A stretch of DNA of 64,000 bases. Source: Candidatus Spongiisociaceae bacterium. GTDB lineage: Bacteria; Actinomycetota; Acidimicrobiia; Spongiisociales; Spongiisociaceae. The DNA lies in the NCBI GenBank assembly GCA_965219685.1, contig CBDCOH010000002.1, forward strand, positions 2,944,001-3,008,000, read 5' to 3'. The position numbers were made by a program, and so were the translations under genes. This document shows positions 40,926-49,779 of this stretch, piece after piece (within the stretch, counting starts at the first letter, position 1; every line of letters begins with the position of its first letter). The notes under the pieces were generated by a model. It saw nothing but the letters and a program-made list of their open reading frames with translations. It had not been told where the DNA came from and did no database searches.

Positions 40926-41003
40926 CATACTGGCCAACCTTCGGCCTCCCGCTATGGGGAAGTCTTCTTGGAGTAGATGATGGGTGGCCAGACGACGCAG
41001 TAC

Positions 41004-43517
41004 TTATTCCTCAGCGGAGTCAGCCGGGACCATCAGCATCGCTACCGGTACCTCGATCTCACTGCTGCGGAACCAGACTCCCAACGGGAGATCGGTCGGC
41101 AGGTACCGGATGTCGGGGATGATCTTCTCGCCGTCGGCGCCCACGAAGCCCAACTCGGTTCGGCCAGCGGAAACTCGCCGCGCCCGGATCCTCCCGATCG
41201 AGTCTCCTCCTACCTCGACCTCACCGCTCACCTGCCACCTGCCGTGTGGCGCGTCTTCGCGCAGGAAACGCGCCGGTGGCAAGACTTGCTCACCGCCCAC
41301 AAGCTCGATGCCGTGCTCGAGGCGACCGTCATCGCCCAGCCGGGCGATGATGCGCAGCCGATAGGCCTCGGGGTTCGAGGCCGGTTCCTCGCCCGTCCCA
41401 AGACCGAGCCTCCTGCGAAGCTCGGAACTGCGGTCGATCGACAGACGCTGCAGGAAACGGAGGCTCGCTGCGCCGACCGTCTGCACAGCGCACAATGCGC
41501 TGTCGACTGCGAGCCCGTGGACAGGCCGGAGCGCCCGCATTTCGGCGTCGAGAGCGAGCAACTGGTCGATGTTGGCCACCTCCGCCGCCTCGAGCGCGTC
41601 GCCAAGGGCATCCGCTCCGGGGTCGCAACCCACCTGGTCCGCCATCATCCCCTGGACACCCTGGTCCTGCCAGCCCTCATCGGCCGCCCGGGCCGCGGCG
41701 ACGATCTCGCCTGCCGTCACGGCCGCCGCGACGACACTCTCGGCGTAGGCGACCTGCGAGTGGACTTGGAGCGCCTCCTCGAACGACAACGCCGTCCCAT
41801 CCTCGATCCGGCTGAGGAGCGATCGCCAGGAATCAGCCATCCACGCGTACTGGGAAGACGCTGCATCCGCCACCTCCAAGACCGAATCCTCGATCGCTAT
41901 GGGATTGAGCGCCTCGCCGGCGGCCATGGAGTCGATCATTCCCGATGCGCCGACAACTGAGGCGTATCGCTGTGCGAAGGCGTTGAGGAGCGTGCTGGCC
42001 GAAAGGTTCGCCCCGGTGACCGCTTCGGGGTCCGCCTCCTCCGACAACTCCGAGATCGCCGGCCTAGCGAACAAGCCATCCAATAGCTGGGTGAGCACTC
42101 CCGCCGTGTAGATGGCTTGCAGCCGGACCTGCGGATCTACCTCTGCATCCGGGTCGGCCGCGGAGCTCACGGATGTCGTGACCTCTCCGTCGTTGTCCGC
42201 TTCCGCGGAAACTGTGTACGCACTGCCGTCTACGCGCACGTCGACGCGTTCGAAAGTCGGGCCGTCCAGGACCATCAGGTTCTGCCAGAGGCCATGGAAC
42301 CCGATCTCGTCACCCTTCCCGTCGTAGGTGACAATCCCTACGAACACCCACGAAGGGCCGGACCGGTTGATGCTGACATCGAATGGGGCAAGGTCGCCGA
42401 GCTCAGTGCTGCCCCCGCTCGCCGTCTCGGACCCGGTGTGGTACGACACACCAGCCTGCCAACGGTCTGCGGTCAGTCTGGTGCGGTCGAACACGCGGGG
42501 TCCAACCACGTAAGGCACGGCGTAGCCGCCTTCGGCGAGGTCGCCTCCGACGTTTCCGGCGCGGTAGTGGACGGGGAAGGAATCGCCCGCGACGACTTCC
42601 GCGGGGGTATGCACTTCCTCGATCTTCAACCGGGGCCCCTTCTGGTCCTCCTGCTCATCCACGAGGTGCACCGTGAGGTTGAAGTCGGCCCGCAGGGGTT
42701 GGTAATCGCGTTCCAGGTAGGTGGTCGCCTCGATGAAGTAGGCCCCGGCCGGGAGGTACCGGACTATGCGGGAGTTGCGCCGCTCCCCGCCATCGTCGTT
42801 GGCTCCGATGATGCCACCCGTTAGCGATGCCAAGGACATGACAGGATCGCCTTCTTCCGATGTCAGGTCGATGCGCACACGACCGGCATGAGCGAGGTTG
42901 AACGTGTAGCCGTGGGCCGGGTGCTCCACGACGAAGCGCGAACCGCACGTATCGATGGTCCAGGTTCCGGACGCGGTCAGATCGGTGCCCGTTTCCAGCG
43001 TGCCGAGATGCACCGGCTCGCACCCGGAGACGTAGCTGACAGCGATGCCGAAGTCCGCAGGTCCCCGGCTCCGCCCGCCGACTGTCGTTGCCTCGATCAT
43101 GTACACGCCGGGGAGTAGGTCTCGCTCCACCCGGGCGTCCAGGTTGGCTCCACCGTCGTCGTTCTCAGCGATGCGGGTGCCGTCCTCCGCGAGTAGGTAG
43201 AGGTATGGATCCGCCCCGGCGGATGTCAACTCGACCCTGACTCGTCCTGGCGCAGCGACGCGGAAGCGATAGGTATGAGCGTCACTACCGGCACGGAAAC
43301 GCGAGTCGCAGTCCTCAGTCGTCCAGCGACCGACCGTGTCCAGGGAGGCGTCGGGGCCGCCAAGAGTCCCGAGCTCGGTGACCTCGCAGCCCTCGGACTC
43401 CTGCGCCGACACAGTACCCGATGCCGGAAGCGCCAGTAGGCTCGCGACCAAGGTGAAGGCGATGCAAGCCTGTGCCAGCCTGTGTAGTCGTAGCTCCTCA
43501 GCCAAGACCGGTTTCAT
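41004..43517 (-). CDS. Secreted protein with two pre-peptidase C-terminal (PPC)-like domains
   Basis: Signal-like N-terminus (...VSAQE). Two repeats of C...H.Y.F......VR..LTS...DP...L........NDDGG....RI...L..G.Y.IEATT. Confidence 0.8.
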   Translation of the reverse strand: MKPVLAEELRLHRLAQACIAFTLVASLLALPASGTVSAQESEGCEVTELGTLGGPDASLDTVGRWTTEDCDSRFRAGSDAHTYRFRVAAPGRVRVELTSAGADPYLYLLAEDGTRIAENDDGGANLDARVERDLLPGVYMIEATTVGGRSRGPADFGIAVSYVSGCEPVHLGTLETGTDLTASGTWTIDTCGSRFVVEHPAHGYTFNLAHAGRVRIDLTSEEGDPVMSLASLTGGIIGANDDGGERRNSRIVRYLPAGAYFIEATTYLERDYQPLRADFNLTVHLVDEQEDQKGPRLKIEEVHTPAEVVAGDSFPVHYRAGNVGGDLAEGGYAVPYVVGPRVFDRTRLTADRWQAGVSYHTGSETASGGSTELGDLAPFDVSINRSGPSWVFVGIVTYDGKGDEIGFHGLWQNLMVLDGPTFERVDVRVDGSAYTVSAEADNDGEVTTSVSSAADPDAEVDPQVRLQAIYTAGVLTQLLDGLFARPAISELSEEADPEAVTGANLSASTLLNAFAQRYASVVGASGMIDSMAAGEALNPIAIEDSVLEVADAASSQYAWMADSWRSLLSRIEDGTALSFEEALQVHSQVAYAESVVAAAVTAGEIVAAARAADEGWQDQGVQGMMADQVGCDPGADALGDALEAAEVANIDQLLALDAEMRALRPVHGLAVDSALCAVQTVGAASLRFLQRLSIDRSSELRRRLGLGTGEEPASNPEAYRLRIIARLGDDGRLEHGIELVGGEQVLPPARFLREDAPHGRWQVSGEVEVGGDSIGRIRARRVSAGRTELGFVGADGEKIIPDIRYLPTDLPLGVWFRSSEIEVPVAMLMVPADSAEE

Positions 43518-43832
43518 ATCGAACTCCTCCCGATTCGGAATGGTGTCATACAGGCACCTTGATTCCGTTGAGCACCGCTGATGCCGTCGGCGGTGCGATC
43601 CTAATCACTTTGTCGTCTCCGCGACTTCGACCTCCCCGAAACTGCATCGGCCCGTAGACGTACCAGCAGCTTCCGCAGGGGCACAGGATTGAGTGTCCTC
43701 ATCGCCTCGGCGGGTTTCCGTTCCCGCCCGAGAAGCCGGCAAACCTCTTACAGGCGATGTGGGAACCGATCACCCTTCGCCTGGATGGATGAAGCTATTG
43801 GATGTGGTCTGGCTCTCTAACGACCATGCCAA

Positions 43833-44558
43833 TCAGGCTGTCAGAGAGGCCAAGGAATCGCTCTTTCTGATCAGCGCCACACCCAGCAGGATGACCCATG
43901 CTATCTGGAAGAACACCGCGACGTTGCCCAAGAGGTAAAGGGTGAAGACGCTGTCCTCGAGGAGGGTCGCTAGCAGGAGGAGCAACGATCCAACAATTGC
44001 CGGGGCCACGCCCAGTAGCTGTGCGAGCAGCCTATCCGCGCCAAGTAGGCGCACGTTCATCAGTGACACAGCGAAAAAGGCCACGCCTACCAGGATCAGG
44101 ATTGTGGCAAAGATTCCGAGGGACCCTCCGATTACCATGAACACGACGGCAGTATCAAGTGCATCTCCTGTTAAGGCCTCGGCGGGGGTATATCCGAGGG
44201 TTACAGACATCAAGAAGTTCATTGCGAAGCCCGCGGTCCGGACTGACAGGCCAATTATAAGGAACAACATCCCTAGTTTCCTTAGGTATCCCTCGCTACC
44301 GCTGTCTCCCATCACTTCCTTCAGACCCCAGAATCCCACTAACAGGCCGAAGGAGGCTATGAATCCTACGTCCACCAGCAGAGTGACTAGCGTACTATGC
44401 GGTGCCATTCCAAGAATTGCCTCCTGCATAGCTGCCTGCGGACCGTTAGGGTTTTCTCCCGGGAAGACGCCTGGCCTTAGACTGCTGACCAACGTATCCA
44501 CCAGCGGCCCGATTACCAGGAGCCAACCAGCTATCTTTCCTAGTTTCGCCGATGTCAC
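43833..44558 (-). CDS. Integral membrane protein, hypothetical (visibly lower GC)
   Basis: AAGGAG RBS before GTG 44558; about 6 TM helices. Confidence 0.78.
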   Translation of the reverse strand: MTSAKLGKIAGWLLVIGPLVDTLVSSLRPGVFPGENPNGPQAAMQEAILGMAPHSTLVTLLVDVGFIASFGLLVGFWGLKEVMGDSGSEGYLRKLGMLFLIIGLSVRTAGFAMNFLMSVTLGYTPAEALTGDALDTAVVFMVIGGSLGIFATILILVGVAFFAVSLMNVRLLGADRLLAQLLGVAPAIVGSLLLLLATLLEDSVFTLYLLGNVAVFFQIAWVILLGVALIRKSDSLASLTA

Positions 44559-44752
44559 AACGATCTCCTTTGTACTGTCCTAACTGGCGAGAATACGGAG
44601 ATCCACCCGCTGTGGAACCTGTAGACCCCTCACTTCAGATCACTGTAGCAAGATCCTTCGGATCCGGCGCGGCATAGGTTCTCACTCAGAGCCTGTTGGC
44701 TTGCTCTTGGTCTTCGACCCCACACTTGGCGATGTCCTCGGCGCTGCTGCAA

Positions 44753-46159
44753 CTATGAGGCTGTCCGGGTAACTGCAGACGCGAATCGGCCTGCTCCCGA
44801 CCCGGCAATGCGACCGAAGACCGCCCCGATCGTGAGACCAAAACCGGCGAGGTAGCCAGCGGTGAGCACGTTTCCCGACATGATCTCCCCAGCGGCGAAG
44901 AGGTTGTCGACCCGGCCTCGGTCTGTCTGCAGATGGGCGTCGGCATCGACTTTGACGCCGAGATAGGTGAAGGTGATCCCGCATCGCAGGGGGTAGGCGT
45001 AGAAGGGCGGGGAGTCGATCCGCAGCGCCCAGTTGGACTTCGGTATGTCGAGGCCGGTCGTGCTCCGCCCGTCGAGGCGGCCGTGATCGAAGGGGGGGTC
45101 GGCCGGAACCGACGAGTTGAACTGGCGGATCGTCCGCTCTAGTGCATCCAGGGGCAGTCCCGCCTGCTGCGCCAGACCGTCGAGCGTCTCCGCTTGGTAC
45201 GGCGGGTAGAGGCCCGGTATGAACAAATGGTTGACCTGCGAATCGAATACCGAGAAGGCGATCTGATCCTGCTGCGCCGCGATCAGGTGACCCCAACTGG
45301 CGTATCTCCTCGGCCAGAGGTCCTCTCCCTCGTCCGCGAAACGCTGAGCAGCCTTGTTCACCATGATGGACAACGGCACCGAGTCGATCCGCGTAACGAT
45401 GCCCCCGTCGAAGTCCGGGGCGCGGGCGTCGACGCTGATTGCGTGCGCCCCCTTCGGATCGCCGACCGACAGCGCACCGCGTCCAAGAAGTGCCTTGAGC
45501 GGACCCCCAATGTTGAAGGGCGACCCGCGGATCACGAACCGGTCCGCCGCCTCACCCCAGTTCTCGCGGAGCCACGCCTTGTTGGCCTCGAACCCGCCCG
45601 ACGCGACCACGACGGAGCGGGCCGCTAGCTCGGTCGGTTCCCCATCCACGAGGGCGACAACTCCCGAGGCGCGATGCCCCTCCAACAGGATGTCTGTCAC
45701 CGGAGTCTCGTAACGCACGCCGATCTTGTGCCTGGCGGCCGACGCGTACAAAGCGTTGAGCATCGCCTTGCCGCCTCCCAGGAAGAACCTGTTGGTCCTT
45801 GACAGGTGAAGCGTGCCCTTCAGGGAAGCCTGCCAGTGGACACCGTGCTGCGCCATGAAGCCGGGAACCGACTCGGACGCCCTGATCACCATCCGGGCGA
45901 TGTCCTCATCGATGTCCTCGTCGCTCACCTTGACGAGGTCCGCCCAGAGCTCCTCTTCCGTATAGGTGCCGGTCAGAATCCCGTCACCGCCCGCGTGGAT
46001 GTGGCGGATGTTGCGCGTGTGGCGCGTGTTCCCACCACGCATGTCGATGGGCGCCGACTCCAGGACGAGGACCCGGTCGACGAAGCGGCTCGCTGTCAAG
46101 GCGGCACAGAGCCCCGCGTTGCCGCCGCCCACGACGATCACATCGGCTGCTGCCTTCAT
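44753..46159 (-). CDS. tcuA: FAD-dependent tricarballylate dehydrogenase TcuA-like
   Basis: GGGNAGLCAA, RGGNTRHTRNIR, GTLHLSRTNRFFLGGGKA, DARAPDFDGGIVTR, GITFTYLG, FAAGEIM.GN. Confidence 0.88.
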   Translation of the reverse strand: MKAAADVIVVGGGNAGLCAALTASRFVDRVLVLESAPIDMRGGNTRHTRNIRHIHAGGDGILTGTYTEEELWADLVKVSDEDIDEDIARMVIRASESVPGFMAQHGVHWQASLKGTLHLSRTNRFFLGGGKAMLNALYASAARHKIGVRYETPVTDILLEGHRASGVVALVDGEPTELAARSVVVASGGFEANKAWLRENWGEAADRFVIRGSPFNIGGPLKALLGRGALSVGDPKGAHAISVDARAPDFDGGIVTRIDSVPLSIMVNKAAQRFADEGEDLWPRRYASWGHLIAAQQDQIAFSVFDSQVNHLFIPGLYPPYQAETLDGLAQQAGLPLDALERTIRQFNSSVPADPPFDHGRLDGRSTTGLDIPKSNWALRIDSPPFYAYPLRCGITFTYLGVKVDADAHLQTDRGRVDNLFAAGEIMSGNVLTAGYLAGFGLTIGAVFGRIAGSGAGRFASAVTRTAS

Positions 46160-46269
46160 GGGAACCCGTCACCCGCCGTCATCGAACCCCCCGAGGCTCG
46201 CCGACTCGACGCTCTAGCGATACCCGATCCCGGCCTGTTGGCCCAGTACATGGCAGTATTATATGGTTC

Positions 46270-47424
46270 GTGAACCCGCCGAGCATGCGTGTGCCGACTG
46301 CAAGTGTCGCGGTCGCGGCCGACCCTCCCCGGATCCTGGGTGTAGGCCTACTCAACGAGGCGCAGCGTCAGTTCGACATCTGCAACGCCTGCCGCTACTG
46401 CGAGGGACTGTGCGCGGTCTTCCCTGCCCTCGAGCGGCGCTCCATCTTCACCGAGGGCGACGTCCTCTACCTCGCCAACCTGTGCCACGACTGCCGCAGC
46501 TGCTTTGACGTCTGCCCCTACGCCACCCCGCACCAGTTCGCGGTGGACATTCCCCCGTTGATGAGCCGTATCCGGGAGAAGACCTACCAGAGCTACGCAC
46601 GGCCCAAGGCTCTCGGGCATCTCCTCCTGGGACCCGCCCGCGGACGAGCCTGGCTTGCGGCGCTCGCGGTTGCGGTGACCATCGCGCTCGGATTGCTCAT
46701 CCTGGGATGGGACCGGCTCGTGGCCCCGCCCGCCGACGAGGCGGCGTTCTACGAATTGATCCCGTTCATGGTGATGACCATTCCGGCGTCCGTCCTCTCG
46801 GGCCTCGCCGTGCTGTTCCTCGGCGCCGGCTTGCTTGCCTTCTGGAGGGACACCACCGACCGGCGAGCCGATCTGGGATCGATGCGGGAAGCCATGCAGG
46901 CCGCCTTCAGCCTCAAGAACATGCACGGGGGAGGACCGGGGTGTACATATCCGAAGGAGGCACCCGCCAAGAGCCGCCTGGTCATGCACTCCCTGGTGTT
47001 CAACGGTTTCCTCGCCACGTTCCTAGCTACGATCCTCGCCGCCGTCTGGCAGGAACTGCTCGGGAGGCTGCCCCCCTATCCCCTGTTGAGCGCACCCGTG
47101 ATCGTCGGAACGATCGGCGGGATCGCAACCATCGCAGGATGCATCGGGCTACTCGTGCTGAGGGCCGGTAGCCGGACGGAACTCGAGACGTCCGGGGCTC
47201 GGCTCCTGGATCTCGACTTCATCACCCTCCTCCTCCTGATCAACGGGTCAGGACTGGCACTGCTGGCTTTGCGGTCGACGACGGCCATGGGACTGCTCCT
47301 GCTGGTCCACCTGGCCCTGGTAGCAGCCTTCTTCGTGAGCCTCCCGTACGGCAAGTTCGTCCACGCGACCTACCGGACCAGCGCGCTCATCCAGGACTCC
47401 CTGGAGAAGAGGACCGGCGCCTGA
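46270..47424 (+). CDS. tcuB: Tricarballylate utilization 4Fe-4S membrane protein TcuB-like
   Basis: CNACRYCEGLCAVFP, LANLCHDCRSCFDVCPY, LPYGKFVH. Confidence 0.9.
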   Translation: MNPPSMRVPTASVAVAADPPRILGVGLLNEAQRQFDICNACRYCEGLCAVFPALERRSIFTEGDVLYLANLCHDCRSCFDVCPYATPHQFAVDIPPLMSRIREKTYQSYARPKALGHLLLGPARGRAWLAALAVAVTIALGLLILGWDRLVAPPADEAAFYELIPFMVMTIPASVLSGLAVLFLGAGLLAFWRDTTDRRADLGSMREAMQAAFSLKNMHGGGPGCTYPKEAPAKSRLVMHSLVFNGFLATFLATILAAVWQELLGRLPPYPLLSAPVIVGTIGGIATIAGCIGLLVLRAGSRTELETSGARLLDLDFITLLLLINGSGLALLALRSTTAMGLLLLVHLALVAAFFVSLPYGKFVHATYRTSALIQDSLEKRTGA

Positions 47425-47490
47425 TCCAACCCTCCGGAACGACCGGCGAACTCCGGACGGGAAGCACTCCACGGCCGGTTCAGACCATGA

Positions 47491-47510
47491 AACTAGCAAC
47501 TAGCAACTAA
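47491..47510 (-). repeat. Short TAGTTGC array (about 3 units)
   Basis: AACTAGCAACTAGCAACTAA. Confidence 0.7.
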
Positions 47511-47603
47511 CGAAGAGGGTCAGGTCCAGCCCGCGCGAACACGGGCGTTGTCGTGTTCAGGTAGTGGACAGCAGGGATTCAGAGAACCTGGGGATCCGGC
47601 GCG

Positions 47604-49340
47604 CTAGCGCGGACCTGCAACCTCGACGGTCACGATGTCGACGCCACGATACTTCCGGTGACGGACCGTTGAGGCGTAGTGGCGCAGCAGGCAGAGAGAT
47701 ATCGAATCCTCCTCGGGAGTGCCGCCCGGCTCACTCAGGTACGCCAGCCGGTCCTCGATGTTCTCGTCTTCCAGAACCGCCATGAACTGAAGCTCGATCA
47801 TGCCGGAGCTCGGTTGAGCGGTGATTATGAGACGCGAGCGCGCTTGGTCCTCTCTCGCTTCCTGCAGGTTCGACAGCACCTCCTCGCCCACGAGATGAAG
47901 GCGTGATACCGAGTCGGCGTCCCAGCCTGTCCTCGTCGCCACTTGTTCGAGGAAGCCCCGGATGGTTGGCAGTGCGTCCATGTGCAACTCGACCTCAAGG
48001 CGCGTGCGTTTGCGGCCGCTCAGCTCGAATATCGCGGTCAGCAGGATCGCCGAGACCGTGCCCATCGTCAGACCGTTCCCGAGCAGCGTTCCCCAAGCGC
48101 CACCGATGAGGTCGGTGACGACGTTCGTGCCCTGCAAGCCAAAGCCCACTCCGAGCGAGACACCGACGATCAGTGCCTTGTGTGGCTGCAGACCGTCTTG
48201 AAAAACCGTTCGCAGGCCCTCCACGAACAGCAGCCCCATGATGATCGACAGGTATGCGATGCTGACCGCGCCAGGAACGGTTATCAGCAGTGCCATCGCC
48301 TTGGGGAGCAGGGCCAAGACCAGGAGCATAACGCCAACGGTGTATCCCACCCTGCGCGAGGCGACGCCGGTAAAGCTCGTCAACGAGACCGCGGTGGCGT
48401 TGGCGGTTCCGGTAGGTAGCGTTCCGGCAATACCGCTGAGCAAGCTGGTCAAGCCATTTGCGTTGACGGCGCCCTGCACGAGGCGGTAGTCCGTGACTCG
48501 TGGCTTCCGCCAGGAGACCTGCTGTATTACGACGCTTCCGCTCATCGACTTGATCGCACCCGCCATCGACACGATCAGGAACATCGGAAGCAGCGACCAG
48601 AACTCCAGGCCCGGCGCGAGGTCCAACCCGGGTAGCCGCGGATCGGGGAGGGCGACCCATGCTGCTTCGCTCACCGCCGCCGCGTCGTAGAGACCGAACA
48701 CCACCGCAGCGATGCACCCGGTCCCGATGCCGACGAGCGGCGACCAGAGGCGTAGCACGCCCCGCGCGCGCAATCCGAGCGCCGCTGAGGCAACCAACGT
48801 CACCACCGCCACGAACACCCCGCCGAGGGCAGGTGCCCCTTCGGGCGCCTTCTCCAGCCTCCCGACGGCAACCTGCATGACACCCGCCGATATCAGCATG
48901 ATCACGATGCCAGACACGACCGGCGTGATGATCCGGTGCAGTCGAGAGAGCCACAGCGCCAGAGCGAACTGGAAGGCCGAGGATACGACCACCAGAGTGG
49001 CCAGCGTCTGCGGTCCGGCTTCGTTCAAGGCCAACAGTGCAATAGCCACATAGCTCGGCGTGGTGCTGGTGATCAGGTTATGGCCACCTCCGATTGGTCC
49101 CAGACGACCTGCCTGCAAGATGGTCGCGAGGCCGCCGGATATGACCGCAGCCAAGACGAGCCAGGTGATGTCGGCCTCGCCGAGACCCGCCGCGTTCGCA
49201 AACAGTGAGATGGTGATAACCGTGGGCGCGGCAATGAGCACTACGCCCTGCACCCCCATGCCCAGCGACAACGCCAAGGGGCACCGGTCATCGGGATCGT
49301 AGGTGATACTGTCGGGCTGGTCCATCAAAGCGTCAACCAT
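47604..49340 (-). CDS. NCS2 (xanthine/uracil) permease with C-terminal RsbW/HATPase-like domain
   Basis: Typical NCS2 layout (GLATILQ..R.G.IG, FTGVASRRVG, NGLTMG) followed by about 135 soluble residues with LHLVGEEVLSNL. Confidence 0.82.
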   Translation of the reverse strand: MVDALMDQPDSITYDPDDRCPLALSLGMGVQGVVLIAAPTVITISLFANAAGLGEADITWLVLAAVISGGLATILQAGRLGPIGGGHNLITSTTPSYVAIALLALNEAGPQTLATLVVVSSAFQFALALWLSRLHRIITPVVSGIVIMLISAGVMQVAVGRLEKAPEGAPALGGVFVAVVTLVASAALGLRARGVLRLWSPLVGIGTGCIAAVVFGLYDAAAVSEAAWVALPDPRLPGLDLAPGLEFWSLLPMFLIVSMAGAIKSMSGSVVIQQVSWRKPRVTDYRLVQGAVNANGLTSLLSGIAGTLPTGTANATAVSLTSFTGVASRRVGYTVGVMLLVLALLPKAMALLITVPGAVSIAYLSIIMGLLFVEGLRTVFQDGLQPHKALIVGVSLGVGFGLQGTNVVTDLIGGAWGTLLGNGLTMGTVSAILLTAIFELSGRKRTRLEVELHMDALPTIRGFLEQVATRTGWDADSVSRLHLVGEEVLSNLQEAREDQARSRLIITAQPSSGMIELQFMAVLEDENIEDRLAYLSEPGGTPEEDSISLCLLRHYASTVRHRKYRGVDIVTVEVAGPR

Positions 49341-49779
49341 GGCGTGCGCAGTCTACGGTCAAGCCGACATGATCGGGCCCGCTGCAAAGGGCGTGAGGAT
49401 AGGTCGCCACCTTGGATTCCCGGCCCCAGAGCCCGGCGGTTGGCAACGAGCAGGCATGGTTCCCGGCCATCGAGTCCGGAAGCCGTCGAACCAACTGTCC
49501 AGGCCGGCAGGAACCCCGGTGGAGCAGGACGGGCAACTCCCTGGAACACAACACCACACTCGCGCCCGACTCTGGCGACTGGTGATCGAGGGTCGGGAAG
49601 CATCCTCTCTCCGGGCTGGGGCCATCCGTTGACCAGGAGGTGTGCTCTGGAATCTCGTGTGCGGGTCCAAGTCGGGGGTGTCACCTAGTGCTCGCCCTGC
49701 ACCTCTGACGGCAGCACGGAACGTACGAACGGCGTCCCCCCGGCGGTGTCAGTAGGACCCCGCGGAGGAGCCTCCATCC

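Noticed and set aside
44687-44700. AGAGCCTGTT resembling an IS5-family end
   Set aside because: No partner inverted repeat or transposase remnant nearby, and the match is too short.
49341-49779. Several short overlapping ORFs in the gap before the giant gene's stop
   Set aside because: No recognisable motifs, RBS or codon bias; treated as intergenic.
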